A DNA stretch of 64,000 nt from Chamaesiphon sp. Its GTDB lineage: Bacteria > Cyanobacteriota > Cyanobacteriia > Cyanobacteriales > Chamaesiphonaceae. Below, piece after piece: positions 9,575 through 20,852 of the stretch (positions are counted from its first letter, which is position 1; every line of letters starts with the position of its first letter). Position numbers and translations under genes: made by a program. Under the pieces are notes generated by a model. It did no database searches and was not told the origin of the DNA. It worked only from the letters and a program-made list of their open reading frames with translations. Where the stretch lies: contig CBDFFH010000029.1 in the NCBI GenBank assembly GCA_965246715.1, forward strand, positions 1 to 64,000. Direction: 5' to 3'.

Positions 9575-10531
9575 CTAAGCGGGCATTGGCGTGGCACGTA
9601 AAATTTCTGCAACTACAGTTGCTGCCGTCCGGCCAGAAAATCGAGCCTGCGGTTCCATCACGAGTCGGTGGGCGAGTACAGCAACGGCAATTTCCTGGAT
9701 ATGGTCGGGCAAGACGAATTCATAGCCATCAAACAGAGCCAATGCCTGAGCGACTTTCACCAAGGCGATCGATCCCCGTGGACTGGCTCCCAACTGTACC
9801 CCCTCAGCCCGTCGCGTTGCATCGATGAGATTCACCACATAGCGTTTCACTTCTGGACTGACCCGAATCTGCTGCACCTGTTGCCTCAAGGTCATAATAT
9901 CTTCTACCGCAAGACAGGGGCGCAGTTGCTCGATCGACCGCCGATCGAGATGATGGGAAACGATCTCGATTTCCGCCTCTGGGGAGAGATAGCCCAAACT
10001 CAACTGCACCGCAAACCGATCCATTTGGGCTTCAGGTAGGGGGTAGGTGCCTCTAGAATCTACCGGATTTTGCGTCGCAATCACAAAAAATGGATCGTGC
10101 AGTTCCTTAACGTTGCCATCAATGCTCACTTGAGATTCGGCCATCGCCTCTAGGAGAGCAGATTGGGTACGGGGCGAGGCGCGATTAATTTCATCAGCCA
10201 GTACGATATTGGCGAAAATTGGCCCTTGATGGAAATGAAATGTACGCTCGATCGGATCTAGGATCGAAACCCCAAGTATATCGGATGGTAATAGATCTGG
10301 CGTAAATTGGATGCGCTTAAAGGAGACATCAACAGAACAAGCTAGGGCTTTGGCTAGGGTGGTTTTACCCGTACCGGGATAGTCTTCTAGAAGTACATGC
10401 CCCCCGCTAGCAAAAGCCGCAAGCAGCCGCCGAATGGCATTGGATTGACCCTTAACAGCCTGTTCGATGTTGTGGTGCAGACGTTGGTAAATCTCTTGCC
10501 CAGCTATGCGCTGGTGCTTTGTAACAGACAA
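9575..10531 (-). CDS. MoxR-family AAA+ ATPase
   Basis: HVLLEDYPGTGKT, RIQFTPDLLPSD, DEINRASPRTQSALLEAM, LPEAQMDRF. Confidence 0.95.
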   Translation of the reverse strand: MSVTKHQRIAGQEIYQRLHHNIEQAVKGQSNAIRRLLAAFASGGHVLLEDYPGTGKTTLAKALACSVDVSFKRIQFTPDLLPSDILGVSILDPIERTFHFHQGPIFANIVLADEINRASPRTQSALLEAMAESQVSIDGNVKELHDPFFVIATQNPVDSRGTYPLPEAQMDRFAVQLSLGYLSPEAEIEIVSHHLDRRSIEQLRPCLAVEDIMTLRQQVQQIRVSPEVKRYVVNLIDATRRAEGVQLGASPRGSIALVKVAQALALFDGYEFVLPDHIQEIAVAVLAHRLVMEPQARFSGRTAATVVAEILRATPMPA

Positions 10532-10923
10532 ATCCAGAACCAGACCTCGAGTACTCTTCTTCAGGGTACCCAGAAAATCACAATTAGTTCTGGCTGAGCC
10601 AATCGCATTCGATCGCTAGTCTCAAATGTCGATCTCGATCTTAATGAACCGATCGACGAGGATGAATAGCTTTGTCACGCTCGAAATCTGGAGATCGATA
10701 ATAATTAATGGATGGAGGATCTTTGCTCATCCGCTGTTTCGCGGATATTATCCGAACATTTTTCCAATTTTGGTGTTTAGGCAGAATCATTTCAGTCTAA
10801 ACACTCTAGAAACTAGTCGATCGGATTTGAAATCAGCTGGATATTTCCAGCAGTACTAGCCATAACTACGTATCTGTGTAATAATGGGAGTTTTGGGTTA
10901 AGTATTAAGCACAAGGAAACTGT

Positions 10924-11532
10924 ATGTCCCGATATCGCGGACCGAGACTGAGAATTACACGTCGTTTGGGAGCCTTACCGGGGTTAACTCGGAAAGAACC
11001 ACGTCGTGCATATCCACCAGGTCAACACGGTCAAAACCGGAAAAAGCGTTCTGAATACGCAATCCGTCTCGAAGAAAAGCAAAAGCTGCGGATGAACTAT
11101 GGTGTAAACGAGAAGCAAATGCTCCGCTATGTGCGCAAAGCAAGACGTGCTACTGGTTCCACTGGATTAGTTCTATTACAGTTACTCGAAATGCGGTTGG
11201 ATAACACCGTATTCCGGCTGGCAATGGCTCCCACCATTCCTGGCGCGCGCCAACTAGTCAACCACGGTCACGTCACCGTCAACGGACGTACTGTGGATAT
11301 CGCTAGTTATCAATGTCGCCCTGGCGATGTCATCGGCGTTCGCAATCGCGAAGCATCCCGCAAGTTGGTAGAAGCCAATCTCCAATATCCTGGTTTGTCA
11401 AACACCCCCAACCATTTGGAATTCGACAAAGCCAATCTAACTGGTAAAGTTACTGGCACGATCGACCGCGAATGGATCGCGCTCCAAGTCAACGAGTTGC
11501 TGGTGGTCGAGTACTACTCTCGCCAAGCGTAA
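10924..11532 (+). CDS. rpsD: 30S ribosomal protein S4
   Basis: [10 protein letters not shown]...LEMRLDN...ARQLVNHGH...LVVEYYSR. Confidence 0.99.
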   Translation: MSRYRGPRLRITRRLGALPGLTRKEPRRAYPPGQHGQNRKKRSEYAIRLEEKQKLRMNYGVNEKQMLRYVRKARRATGSTGLVLLQLLEMRLDNTVFRLAMAPTIPGARQLVNHGHVTVNGRTVDIASYQCRPGDVIGVRNREASRKLVEANLQYPGLSNTPNHLEFDKANLTGKVTGTIDREWIALQVNELLVVEYYSRQA

Positions 11533-11539
11533 AGATTTG

Positions 11540-11568
11540 GATTTTGGATGGCGGCTGCATCCAAAATC
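11540..11568. terminator. Hairpin after rpsD, built from GATTTTG heptamers
   Basis: GATTTTGGATG-gcggctg-CATCCAAAATC between convergent rpsD and moaA. Confidence 0.55.
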
Positions 11569-11612
11569 TATTCTCTTTGGCAATTATTTTTTAGTTATTT
11601 ACACGATCGATG

Positions 11613-12602
11613 CTATCCACCAATCTGGGACATGGTGCGATGGTAAACTCCAGTATCACTCCCAGATTCCCGACCTTTGTAATTAATTTCTGGCTTGAGT
11701 TCGAGCAAAGCACGCACCTGCGATCGCAACTCCCGAGTACTAACTCCAGTGCGTAAGGCAGTTTTGAGATCGAGTTGTCCGGTTTCGTTGAGCAAACACG
11801 GACGCAACCACCCATCCGCCGATAACCTCATCCGATTACATTTGTCGCAAAAGCATTCGGACATCTGACTGATAAAGCCGATCGTCCCTTTAGCACCAGG
11901 AATTGCAAATACTTCAGCGGGGCCATTTCCCTGCACCTGGCTTTCACTCAAACCCCACTTCTCGCGGATTTGGTGGCGGATCGACTCAGATGAAATCCAC
12001 CCCCGATCGCTAAATAATTCATCATTCCCGATCGGCATAAACTCGATAAAGCGCACATGCCACTGCCGATCGATACTCAAAGCAGCTAAATCTAGTACCT
12101 CAGCATCGTTGATGCCAGGAATCACCACAACATTCAATTTCAGCGGCTCGAATCCCACGCGATCGGCGGCTAAAATGCCATCCCAGACTTGTTGCCAGCG
12201 GGAGCGACCTCCATTGCCGACAATGCGATCGAAGGTGGCTGCATCGAGCGAATCAAGGCTGACATTCACCCGTCTGAGTCCAGCGGTATATAGGTCTTGT
12301 GCCATGTCTGCGAGGAGAAAGGCATTAGTGGTCAGGGAAAGATCTTGAGTTGCGGGTAGACTGGCAATCGATCTGACGATATCGACCAGTCCATGACGTA
12401 ATAGCGGCTCGCCACCAGTGAGGCGAAAGCAGTTGAATCCAACCGGAATAAAGACTTCGCGAATCAGGGTCAACAGCTCATCATTGGTTAGCAACTGCTG
12501 GCGATGCAAATACTCCAGCTCCGTCCCTTCCGGCATACAGTACTGACAGCGGAAGTTACAGCGATCGATGAGACTAATTCGTAAGTAGTTTACCTGATTC
12601 AT
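11613..12602 (-). CDS. moaA: GTP 3',8-cyclase
   Basis: CNFRCQYC radical SAM motif, [10 protein letters not shown]-terminal MSQIGG. Confidence 0.97.
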   Translation of the reverse strand: MNQVNYLRISLIDRCNFRCQYCMPEGTELEYLHRQQLLTNDELLTLIREVFIPVGFNCFRLTGGEPLLRHGLVDIVRSIASLPATQDLSLTTNAFLLADMAQDLYTAGLRRVNVSLDSLDAATFDRIVGNGGRSRWQQVWDGILAADRVGFEPLKLNVVVIPGINDAEVLDLAALSIDRQWHVRFIEFMPIGNDELFSDRGWISSESIRHQIREKWGLSESQVQGNGPAEVFAIPGAKGTIGFISQMSECFCDKCNRMRLSADGWLRPCLLNETGQLDLKTALRTGVSTRELRSQVRALLELKPEINYKGRESGSDTGVYHRTMSQIGG

Positions 12603-12751
12603 ATCTTCATTGTGACCGATCTATCCGCTAATTTCTATCTACCGCCGATCGATTCACTTGACACTCAACAGGTCGATCGAATCGACAAGCCAGTCAACAT
12701 CGCCCAGATTGTACTGTGGGCAAACAGCAAAAATCGACTCTCAGGTGAGTT

Positions 12752-13240
12752 CTAACTTTGTAGCAACGTCCAAAAATAGCCATCTGGGGTAACAAATGAA
12801 AAACTTTTCTCCCCAAACTCATTACTAACTATCTCTGTAATATTTTGAGCCTGACTCGATCGCAGGCGCTCGCCATACACATCTAATCCATCCACAAGAT
12901 AGGTATACAAACACATTCCCAGACAACCTGGTCGTGCGCGTTCGAACTGGGAATTTAGCTTGAGAGCATCGGGAAATCTGATAATATAAAGTCGGCCAGA
13001 ACGTGCCGCAGTGAAGTCAGTTGTAGACGATCGCGGATCGTCAAAAGCAGTCACAAAAAACTTTTCACCTGGTTGGAGATCGAAAATCTCTCGACCTGCT
13101 AACGATGATTCATAGCTAGTTTCCACGTCATCGCACACGCGTAATAATCCTAAAACTTCCTCATAAAATTTGAGAGTTTCTTTACTATCATCCTGAATTA
13201 CTATTCCCATGTGCGTAAATTGACTGGTCTTAAAAGCTGA
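12752..13240 (-). pseudogene. Probable C-terminal fragment of a VOC/glyoxalase-family protein
   Basis: FTHMGIVIQDD..LKFYEEVLGL and NEFGEKSFSFVTPDGYFWTL VOC motifs; the upstream part of the ORF looks non-homologous and abuts ruvB. Confidence 0.55.
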
Positions 13241-13408
13241 ATAATTGGTGGGCGACTGCGGCTGATAATTCACCCACTCGATCGATCCGATAGCCAAATT
13301 GTTGCCAATATTGAATCGCCGCGATTGGCTCCCGCACCCCAATACATACCTCGTAAATGCCGCCAATTGTAGTCCGTTGCTGCATCATAACATCACTCGA
13401 TCGCCAGG

Positions 13409-14548
13409 CTACTCACCTAAGAAGGATAACTGTTCGCTGCTATCATTGGCTGGCTTTAGTCCCAAATGTTTGCGGGCGGCAGCAGTCACTACGCGTCCGC
13501 GTGGAGTGCGTTGGAGATAGCCGATTTGGAGTAAATAAGGCTCGTATACTTCTTCGATCGTATGACTATCTTCACCTGTCGATGCGGCCAAAGCTTCGAC
13601 TCCAACTGGCCCACCGTTAAACTGTTCGACCATTGTTGTGAGTAACAATCGATCCGTCCAATCCAATCCGAGCGGGTCTACATTATAAATCTCCATCGCC
13701 GCACTCGCGATCGTCCCATCGATTTCGGTATGTCCTTTGACTTGGGCATAGTCGCGCACCCGTTTTAATAGCCGATTGGCAATCCGGGGCGTACCCCGCG
13801 AGCGTCTGGCAATTTCTGCGGCACCGTCAGCAGTTATCGAAGCTTGGAGGATTACCGCCGTACGTTGGACGATGAGAGTCAGCTCGTCCACCTCATAAAA
13901 TCGTAGCTTCTGAATCAGGCCAAAACGATCGCGGAGTGGGGATGTGAGCGAACCGACTTTGGTGGTCGCACCGACTAAGGTAAATTTCGGTAGCGGAATA
14001 CTCCGAATCTTCGCTGTCGAGCCTTTGCCCACAGTAATATCGAGTCGATAATCTTCCATCGCTGGATAGAGAATTTCCTCAGTCATCCGGGGCAAGCGGT
14101 GGATCTCGTCAATAAATAAAATATCCCCTGGCTGCAATCCCATCAACAAGCCGACGATATCGCGGGGACGTTCGAGCGCGGGTGCGGCAGTGATTTTGCA
14201 ATTTACACCCATTTCGGTTGCCAAAATTAGTGACATGGTAGTTTTTCCCAGTCCTGGTGGCCCGTAAAGGAGTAAATGGTCGAGGGATTCTTTCCGGACT
14301 TTAGCGGCTTGGATGGCGATATCGAGCACGCCTTTGAGATCTTTTTGCCCGATATAATCGGCGAGACTACTAGGTCTGAGCGTTTCTTCCTGAAGACTTT
14401 CTTCGGTGTTGGTAATTTCTGCTTGTAAGATATCCGAATTGGCAGATGCTAATTGTGTTGGAAGGGAACGCGGCTTAGAAATCCCACTCTGCTGAGGTTC
14501 GAGTGGTTCGGCATCTGAAGCAGGTTTTTTGGAGGAAATAATTGCCAT
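13409..14548 (-). CDS. ruvB: Holliday junction branch migration helicase RuvB
   Basis: [50 protein letters not shown]. Confidence 0.98.
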   Translation of the reverse strand: MAIISSKKPASDAEPLEPQQSGISKPRSLPTQLASANSDILQAEITNTEESLQEETLRPSSLADYIGQKDLKGVLDIAIQAAKVRKESLDHLLLYGPPGLGKTTMSLILATEMGVNCKITAAPALERPRDIVGLLMGLQPGDILFIDEIHRLPRMTEEILYPAMEDYRLDITVGKGSTAKIRSIPLPKFTLVGATTKVGSLTSPLRDRFGLIQKLRFYEVDELTLIVQRTAVILQASITADGAAEIARRSRGTPRIANRLLKRVRDYAQVKGHTEIDGTIASAAMEIYNVDPLGLDWTDRLLLTTMVEQFNGGPVGVEALAASTGEDSHTIEEVYEPYLLQIGYLQRTPRGRVVTAAARKHLGLKPANDSSEQLSFLGE

Positions 14549-15099
14549 GTCAAATAGTGAACGGGGAATAGCGAACGGTTGCTAGTGACTAGTGCATTAT
14601 TCGGGTGCAAACTGCTAATTTGCTCGCTTGGTGACGATCGGATATCGATCGTCAGGAGATCGACATCATACTAGCAAAGATAGTTGATTTTTGGCATGTT
14701 GTTAGGGAGTTACGATCGCGTCTAGTTCCACTATTTATTTGCAGATAGAACTTTGTAATTAACACACGATCGAGATTATCACTCGATCGACTACAAAATA
14801 TCTACTTTAATCGATATTTTTGACAACTCATCCAACAATAAAAACCCCGATCTCGATCGGTACTTTGACGTAAACATCTAGAGAGCTAATCGCCATAACC
14901 AGCAATGTGGCTGACGATGATACCGGAAGATGTCATGCTAATATAAATGAGATTTAGCGGTAATTGAGCTTCAAATCGCCGATATTTTATCATCTTAAAT
15001 ATATGATAGGTTTTTTTGCTAGATTCAGCAATATCCATATCTGTTTTTATGAAAATCTTGTATGCCAATGCGATCGAGTATTGAGGAAAAATATTAATA

Positions 15100-16224
15100 A
15101 TGAAACGATTAACATACTATGTTGTCTTTTGGCTATTCAGTCTAGGAGGTGTTGCTAACGCACAGCCTAATATTAAGAGTGAATCGATCGGCCAACAGCA
15201 ATCGAGTGCCACTTCATCTGTTACAAAAAAAATAACTGCCGATCGTATTCTAGCTCAAATCGCTCCATCAAAGCCCACTCTAGCCGATGCTCTGAGTCAA
15301 GCTCCCGCAGATCGCTCTGTAGAAAATCGGTCGATCGATATTAAAACCGATCGGCTAGAGACAGTCGATACAGATAATACAGCGCGACCCGAAATGCCAC
15401 CTGGGTTTGTAGTTAGACCCCAGGCTCTGAGTAGAACTCCCGAAGATCGCTCCTTAGAAAATCAGTTGATTGATATCAAAAACGATCGGCCAGAGACAGC
15501 CGATAAATATAATACCTATCAACCCGAAACGTCACCTGGGTTTTCAGTTTTTAATCCAGTCGGGTTTGGGGCTGACAACAACCTGTTATTTTTGTCTCTA
15601 AGCTATCAAAATCGGACGAGATTTACCCGCACGGCTGATGGTGAGGCAGGAATTGGTTTTGGGTTGGGCGATGCGACAAAGTCGATTGGCGTGGAGTTAT
15701 CCTATGGGATCGACAGCTTTGGGAGTAGTGCGGGGTTTGGGAGTGGTGGATTCAATGCCAAACTGCACAAACGATTGAATGACGATGCATCTGTGGCAGT
15801 TGGTTGGAACCAATTTGCTCGGCTCCAATTTCGTGGGGGCGCAAATGTGCCCTCTGATTATCCCCGAAATTCTTACTACGTAGTCGGTACGAATATTTTT
15901 CACACGCGCGAAGATATTAATGCTCCATTCAGTCGCGTGGCGATCTCTGGGGGCATCGGTAGCGGTGTGTTCTTGCGATTCGATCCCAAACTCAGTCCTG
16001 GGGATTCAAACAGAGGGGTGAATGTTTTTGGTTCGATCGGGGTGAGGATCGCCCGACCGATTAGTGCGATTATCGAATGGACGGGACAAGATGTTGGTGT
16101 TGGACTCTCGATCGCGCCGTTTAAAGATATTCCCTTAGTCATCACCCCAGCAATTCGGGATATCGCTGGCGCTGGCGATGGCGCGAGATTCATTTTAGGC
16201 TCGAGTATTGCGATTAACTTTTAA
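15100..16224 (+). CDS. Secreted/outer-membrane hypothetical protein (possible beta-barrel) with an internal 45-aa duplication
   Basis: Signal peptide; Gly/aromatic alternating C-terminal region ending in F; 135-bp tandem duplication. Confidence 0.7.
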   Translation: MKRLTYYVVFWLFSLGGVANAQPNIKSESIGQQQSSATSSVTKKITADRILAQIAPSKPTLADALSQAPADRSVENRSIDIKTDRLETVDTDNTARPEMPPGFVVRPQALSRTPEDRSLENQLIDIKNDRPETADKYNTYQPETSPGFSVFNPVGFGADNNLLFLSLSYQNRTRFTRTADGEAGIGFGLGDATKSIGVELSYGIDSFGSSAGFGSGGFNAKLHKRLNDDASVAVGWNQFARLQFRGGANVPSDYPRNSYYVVGTNIFHTREDINAPFSRVAISGGIGSGVFLRFDPKLSPGDSNRGVNVFGSIGVRIARPISAIIEWTGQDVGVGLSIAPFKDIPLVITPAIRDIAGAGDGARFILGSSIAINF

Positions 16225-16331
16225 AGAAGTTGCTGAGTATTGCCAAATAATGATGTATCATTTAAGGCATTTGTAGTTTTGGCGCTCGACGATAATCTGG
16301 CGATCGACCATCAATTAAAATTGGAATCCTC

Positions 16332-16883
16332 ATGTTGAAAATCTCTCAGTATCTCCAAACAATTCTCTACTTTAGTGCGATCGCATCGGCTACTGTAAAT
16401 AGCTTGACACTATCTGCTAGTGCTAGCGATCGTCAATTTTCTACGCCGTCGCTCCCACAAGTACAGCTCCTGGCTGGCACTAATGTTAGCAATAGCGGTG
16501 GTAGCAATGTCAGTAATACCACTGGTTCCAATGTTAGTAATACAACTGGCTCCAATGTCAGCAATACTTCTGGCACTAATGCTAGTAATGCTACTGGTAG
16601 CGATCCCGATAAACGAACTGGCCGTTATGATGTAGATACCAGTTCTCGCGCTGACAAAATCTTGTCGAGATATAGCAATGCTTTGAGCGATTACGATCGC
16701 GCAGCGACAGTTTTAGCTACTGCAGAATCAAATCCTGGCAGTAGCAACCGCAGCGAATTGATGAATGCAAAAACTGCCGCAGCGACAGAATTAGCTAAGG
16801 TCAGAGCCGAGGCTAAGAACTTTGTGGAAACTGTCAAACCTAATTCGGGTAATTCTGCCAAAGCTTTTAACCCCAGTTGGTAG
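16332..16883 (+). CDS. Secreted hypothetical protein with 5 octapeptide repeats
   Basis: Signal-peptide-like N-terminus; G(S/T)N(V/A)SNxx repeated 5 times. Confidence 0.7.
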   Translation: MLKISQYLQTILYFSAIASATVNSLTLSASASDRQFSTPSLPQVQLLAGTNVSNSGGSNVSNTTGSNVSNTTGSNVSNTSGTNASNATGSDPDKRTGRYDVDTSSRADKILSRYSNALSDYDRAATVLATAESNPGSSNRSELMNAKTAAATELAKVRAEAKNFVETVKPNSGNSAKAFNPSW

Positions 16884-16932
16884 ATTCAGATCTTGCACCA
16901 GTTTAAAAATACTATTACTAATCGTAGATCCA

Positions 16933-17030
16933 GGGTACCCACAAGGGGCACCCCTACCGGTTAATTGTGTAAGGGTGCCCCTGTCTTGACTGAAACCCTT
17001 GTAGAGACGAACCAATCGGGTCGTCTCTAT
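16933..17030. repeat. REP-like cluster (GTAG-foot palindromes)
   Basis: GGGTACCCACAAGGGGCACCCCTAC at 16933-16957, a partial inverted copy at 16969-16982, and GTAGAGACGA..TCGTCTCTAT at 17001-17030. Confidence 0.8.
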
Positions 17031-17326
17031 ATTTGTCTGTACTGGTGTGGTAGTTGCGCTAAACGATCTGGAGATCTACCTCCCAGACTGAATTTTTTGT
17101 TATGCCTAAACTCTCGATCGACGGATATCGTTCGGTCGGTGGTCGCTTAGCGCAACGATAATCGCAGGATCGATCGGGTAAAATGTGCCGTGCGGGAGCG
17201 GAAATTGTTAAGATAGACAACAGTGATGAAACTGCGATCGCCTCTCGCGTGTGGAAGACCGTTAATTCGATCGACTCACTGGGCGCGCTCGATAGTCAAC
17301 TACAAATTGTCCTTAATCGGATTTAA

Positions 17327-18361
17327 ATGATGGCAGCCGCAGTACTTATTCAAAATCTGTGCAAGAGCTATGGTGATGTCCCAGCGGTTAAAGACGTATC
17401 TTTTCAGGTCGAGCCTGGAGAAATTTTTGGGTTGTTGGGACCTAATGGCGCAGGTAAAACAACTACCATTCGCTGCCTCTGTACTCTTGCTAAGCCCGAT
17501 TCGGGTACGATCGAAATCGGTGGTATTTCGGTGCTCGATTATCCGCGCGAAGCCAGGAAACGCCTCGGCTATGTCGCGCAGGAAGTCGCGCTCGACAAAA
17601 TTCTGACTGGTCGCGAACTGCTCGAACTTCAAGCCGCACTCTACCATATTCCGAAAGTAGCGGCGCGCCAACGCATCGAAGTATTGCTAGAAATCCTCGA
17701 TTTACACAGTTACGCTGACAAAAAGACTGGCACCTATTCGGGGGGATTGAAACGTCGGCTCGACCTCGCAGCGGGGCTACTCCATCAACCGGAAGTATTG
17801 ATCCTCGACGAACCAACGGTAGGGTTAGATATCGAGAGTCGAGTAGTGGTGTGGGATTTCTTACGCCAACTAAGAGCCAGTGGCACGACGATCCTGATTA
17901 CTAGTCATTATCTCGAAGAAGTAGACGCTCTAGCCGATCGGGTGGGCATTATCGATGGTGGTTTGGTAATTGCGGAAGGCACGCCCTCTGCGTTGAAAGA
18001 TTGCTTGGGTGGCGATCGAATTACGCTGCGGATTCGCGAATTTACGCCGTTATCAGAAGCCGAAAAAGCCAAGCATTTATTAGGTAGTATCCCTTTCGTT
18101 CGGGAGGTAACGATCAATGCCAATCAGGCGAACTCACTGAATTTGGTGGTTACCGCCGATAATGCCAATAATAATGATGTACTGACGACAATCCAACGAG
18201 CGTTGCAAGCTGCGGAATTACCGATCTTCGGGATCGCCCAATCCCGTCCGAGTTTGGATGATGTTTATTTAGCAGCGACAGGCAAAACCCTCCTCGATGC
18301 CGAACTAGCTGCTGCTAGCAGTCGCGATCTCAAAGCCGAGAAAAAACAAAGTATGCGATAG
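17327..18361 (+). CDS. ABC-2 type transporter ATP-binding protein (DrrA-like)
   Basis: GPNGAGKTT, YSGGLKRRLDLA, LILDEPT, PSLDDVYL. Confidence 0.93.
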   Translation: MMAAAVLIQNLCKSYGDVPAVKDVSFQVEPGEIFGLLGPNGAGKTTTIRCLCTLAKPDSGTIEIGGISVLDYPREARKRLGYVAQEVALDKILTGRELLELQAALYHIPKVAARQRIEVLLEILDLHSYADKKTGTYSGGLKRRLDLAAGLLHQPEVLILDEPTVGLDIESRVVVWDFLRQLRASGTTILITSHYLEEVDALADRVGIIDGGLVIAEGTPSALKDCLGGDRITLRIREFTPLSEAEKAKHLLGSIPFVREVTINANQANSLNLVVTADNANNNDVLTTIQRALQAAELPIFGIAQSRPSLDDVYLAATGKTLLDAELAAASSRDLKAEKKQSMR

Positions 18362-18375
18362 GAACGGGGGATTTG

Positions 18376-18657
18376 ATGCAGGCGCGATTTAGTCGCAAAT
18401 TAGGTTTGTTACTGATTATCGTTTCCTGCGGGATGTGGGCGGCGGTTTTAGTCGTCCCATTCTTGCCCTGGGCCAGTAGCGTACCACCGAGCACCGCAAT
18501 CGCCCAAAAAGCGCTATTAACCACTAGTCTACTCATCGCTAGCGAAGTAATCTTCTGGCTGGGCATATTATTATTAGGTAAGGAACTTGCCAGTCGCTAT
18601 CGGCAAAAATTGAATCCTTACTATTGGTGGAAAAAAGTTACTCAAAAAAGATTCTAA
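18376..18657 (+). CDS. Small two-TM membrane protein (transporter-suffix-like)
   Basis: Two hydrophobic helices and SEVIFWLGILLLGKE; located between the ABC ATPase and permease genes. Confidence 0.7.
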   Translation: MQARFSRKLGLLLIIVSCGMWAAVLVVPFLPWASSVPPSTAIAQKALLTTSLLIASEVIFWLGILLLGKELASRYRQKLNPYYWWKKVTQKRF

Positions 18658-18805
18658 GCAACTCACGATCTCCAAGCTATTTTCAGGCGCTGGCTCGATG
18701 TTGTTAAAGAACTAAAATAATCGAGATTTCTCAGACAACGGCGAAGAAATAGAATAATCGACAACTCATAAATTCATCACTCTATAAATTTAGCACTAGC
18801 CTATC

Positions 18806-19696
18806 ATGAGCGGCACTATCAACACCTCCGAACTTATCAACTCGCGATCGCGCGATCTCGATCCATCAAGCGACCCGTCACAATCGGATCTGGCGGATTT
18901 TATTCAAGAAACCTTAGCTCTAACTAAACGGCTGTTTATTCAACTCCAGCGTCGCCCATCGACATTAGTTGCCGGAATAATTCAACCATTGATGTGGTTG
19001 GTATTATTTGGCGCATTATTTCAGAATGCGCCGCAAGGGATGATGGGGAGTGACTTAAATTATGGGCAGTTCTTGGGTGCGGGCATCATCGTATTTACGG
19101 CATTTGTCGGTGCGTTAAATGCTGGATTGCCAGTAATGTTCGATCGCGAGTTTGGCTTTCTCAATCGCTTGCTCGTCGCTCCGCTCGCGTCTAGATATTC
19201 GATCGTCGCTGCTTCGGCGATTTATATCGTCGCACTGAGTCTGGTACAGACAGCCGCAATTATCGGACTGAGTGCCTTGATGGGTGCGGGTTTGCCGAGT
19301 GTGCTGGGACTGGCAATTATCGGATCGATCGTTCTCTGTTTAGTCTTGGGTGTCACTGCATTGAGCTTAGGCTTTACCTTTGCGTTACCCGGACATATCG
19401 AATTGATTGCGGTAATTTTCGTCATCAACCTGCCCTTATTATTTGCTAGTACTGCTTTAGCCCCATTATCATTTATGCCCGAATGGTTGCAGGTTGTCGC
19501 TTGTCTCAATCCACTTACATATGCGATCGAGCCGATTCGCCATCTGTACACGCATCCACAGTGGAGTGCGATCGATACTGTATTGCAAGCGCCGTGGGGA
19601 GCTGTGTCTTTTGGCACCTCGCTGTTAGTCCTAGTGGGGTTTGCTGGATTTACCCTAATCGCAATTCAACCCCTGTTAAAACGGAAATTAGCCTAG
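18806..19696 (+). CDS. ABC-2 type transporter permease
   Basis: QPLMWLVLFG, DREFGFLNRLLVAP, NPLTYAIE. Confidence 0.92.
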   Translation: MSGTINTSELINSRSRDLDPSSDPSQSDLADFIQETLALTKRLFIQLQRRPSTLVAGIIQPLMWLVLFGALFQNAPQGMMGSDLNYGQFLGAGIIVFTAFVGALNAGLPVMFDREFGFLNRLLVAPLASRYSIVAASAIYIVALSLVQTAAIIGLSALMGAGLPSVLGLAIIGSIVLCLVLGVTALSLGFTFALPGHIELIAVIFVINLPLLFASTALAPLSFMPEWLQVVACLNPLTYAIEPIRHLYTHPQWSAIDTVLQAPWGAVSFGTSLLVLVGFAGFTLIAIQPLLKRKLA

Positions 19697-19860
19697 TCAT
19701 AGGAACTATTTGAATATTTCGGACATCGTGACTTTTATCACCTACCCAAACAATTTACCGCTTCGTTAAAATGAATAGATAGTCACTCTCTCATCGCGAG
19801 CTTGGCGATCGAAATAGCGGCAGTGGCAATCTTATCTTATTTCCTCTCCCGTAAATAATT

Positions 19861-20190
19861 ATGAAACTTTTCCTCACTTCGACAACGATCCTATTTGGCT
19901 TAACAGTTGCACTCGTACCCACGATCGCATCGGCTCAATATAGTAGTGGTGGCTTCGGTAATAGTGGCGACAACCGCGATCCCTTTAATAGAGCTTCAGC
20001 AGGCGACACCTCTGGACTGATGCAGTTGCTCAACCAAGCGCAATTAAACGGACGGAGCAATCCTAATGCTATCAACGAACAGCAAGAGCAGCTAAATTCG
20101 GCAACTGCTGATTTTCGCGCTCGTCAAATGCAAGCCCTCAAAGATCGCAACAAGAAAAACGTTCCAGCAACTGCTGTTAAATCGAAGTAG
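19861..20190 (+). CDS. Secreted hypothetical protein
   Basis: Signal peptide ending in ASA; clean ORF. Confidence 0.7.
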   Translation: MKLFLTSTTILFGLTVALVPTIASAQYSSGGFGNSGDNRDPFNRASAGDTSGLMQLLNQAQLNGRSNPNAINEQQEQLNSATADFRARQMQALKDRNKKNVPATAVKSK

Positions 20191-20304
20191 TAGTTGAATT
20201 GAATCGGCAAGCGATATCTGCCAAATACTTAAAGATCGTCCGGAATTATTGGCATCGTCAGCGTATTAAATTGTAAGTATGACTCATTTCAATTAAAACG
20301 CCCG

Positions 20305-20697
20305 ATGAAACAATTTCACTTAGCTGCTACCATGATTTTTAGCCTAGCGACACCATTATTAATCCAGGCAATCTCGCCGACAATGGCGGTAGCTCAAGCC
20401 AATAGTCCGAATGGTGTCTTTGCCGATCGAGAATGGACTGTGACTGTCTATTATGAAAATAATAGTTACCACTATCGCGGCTTCAATCGGCTGACAAATA
20501 GCTCGATCGAATTATCCGGTGCTACTTCATCTAGCGATCGTCAACGAAAATACTATATTTGGAATAATGGTGGCACTCGCTATCGCGTGAGTTGGAATCG
20601 GCAAGATCCAGATTTTATCCGCATTCAAGTCAAGACTCCAAATGGGAAAGAGGTGTTAAATCGTTTATTAGCGCGCTCTGGTGAAGGCGGGATGTGA
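20305..20697 (+). CDS. Secreted hypothetical protein
   Basis: Signal peptide; YYIWNNGGTRYRVSW..DPDFIR motif. Confidence 0.75.
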   Translation: MKQFHLAATMIFSLATPLLIQAISPTMAVAQANSPNGVFADREWTVTVYYENNSYHYRGFNRLTNSSIELSGATSSSDRQRKYYIWNNGGTRYRVSWNRQDPDFIRIQVKTPNGKEVLNRLLARSGEGGM

Positions 20698-20729
20698 GTT
20701 ATCAGTAATGCGATCGCTGATAACTCACA
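20693..20729 (+). terminator. Hairpin at the gene end
   Basis: TGTGAGTTATCAG...CTGATAACTCACA, 13-bp stem. Confidence 0.5.
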
Positions 20730-20852
20730 GCTGGCACTAGTATATATACTCGCGATCGCATTGCGCTAGGGTACCGATAAAGAGCACTGGTGGATTATGG
20801 CAGCACCAGTAGATCCAGGGTACCCACAAGGGGCACCCCTACAGATTAATTG

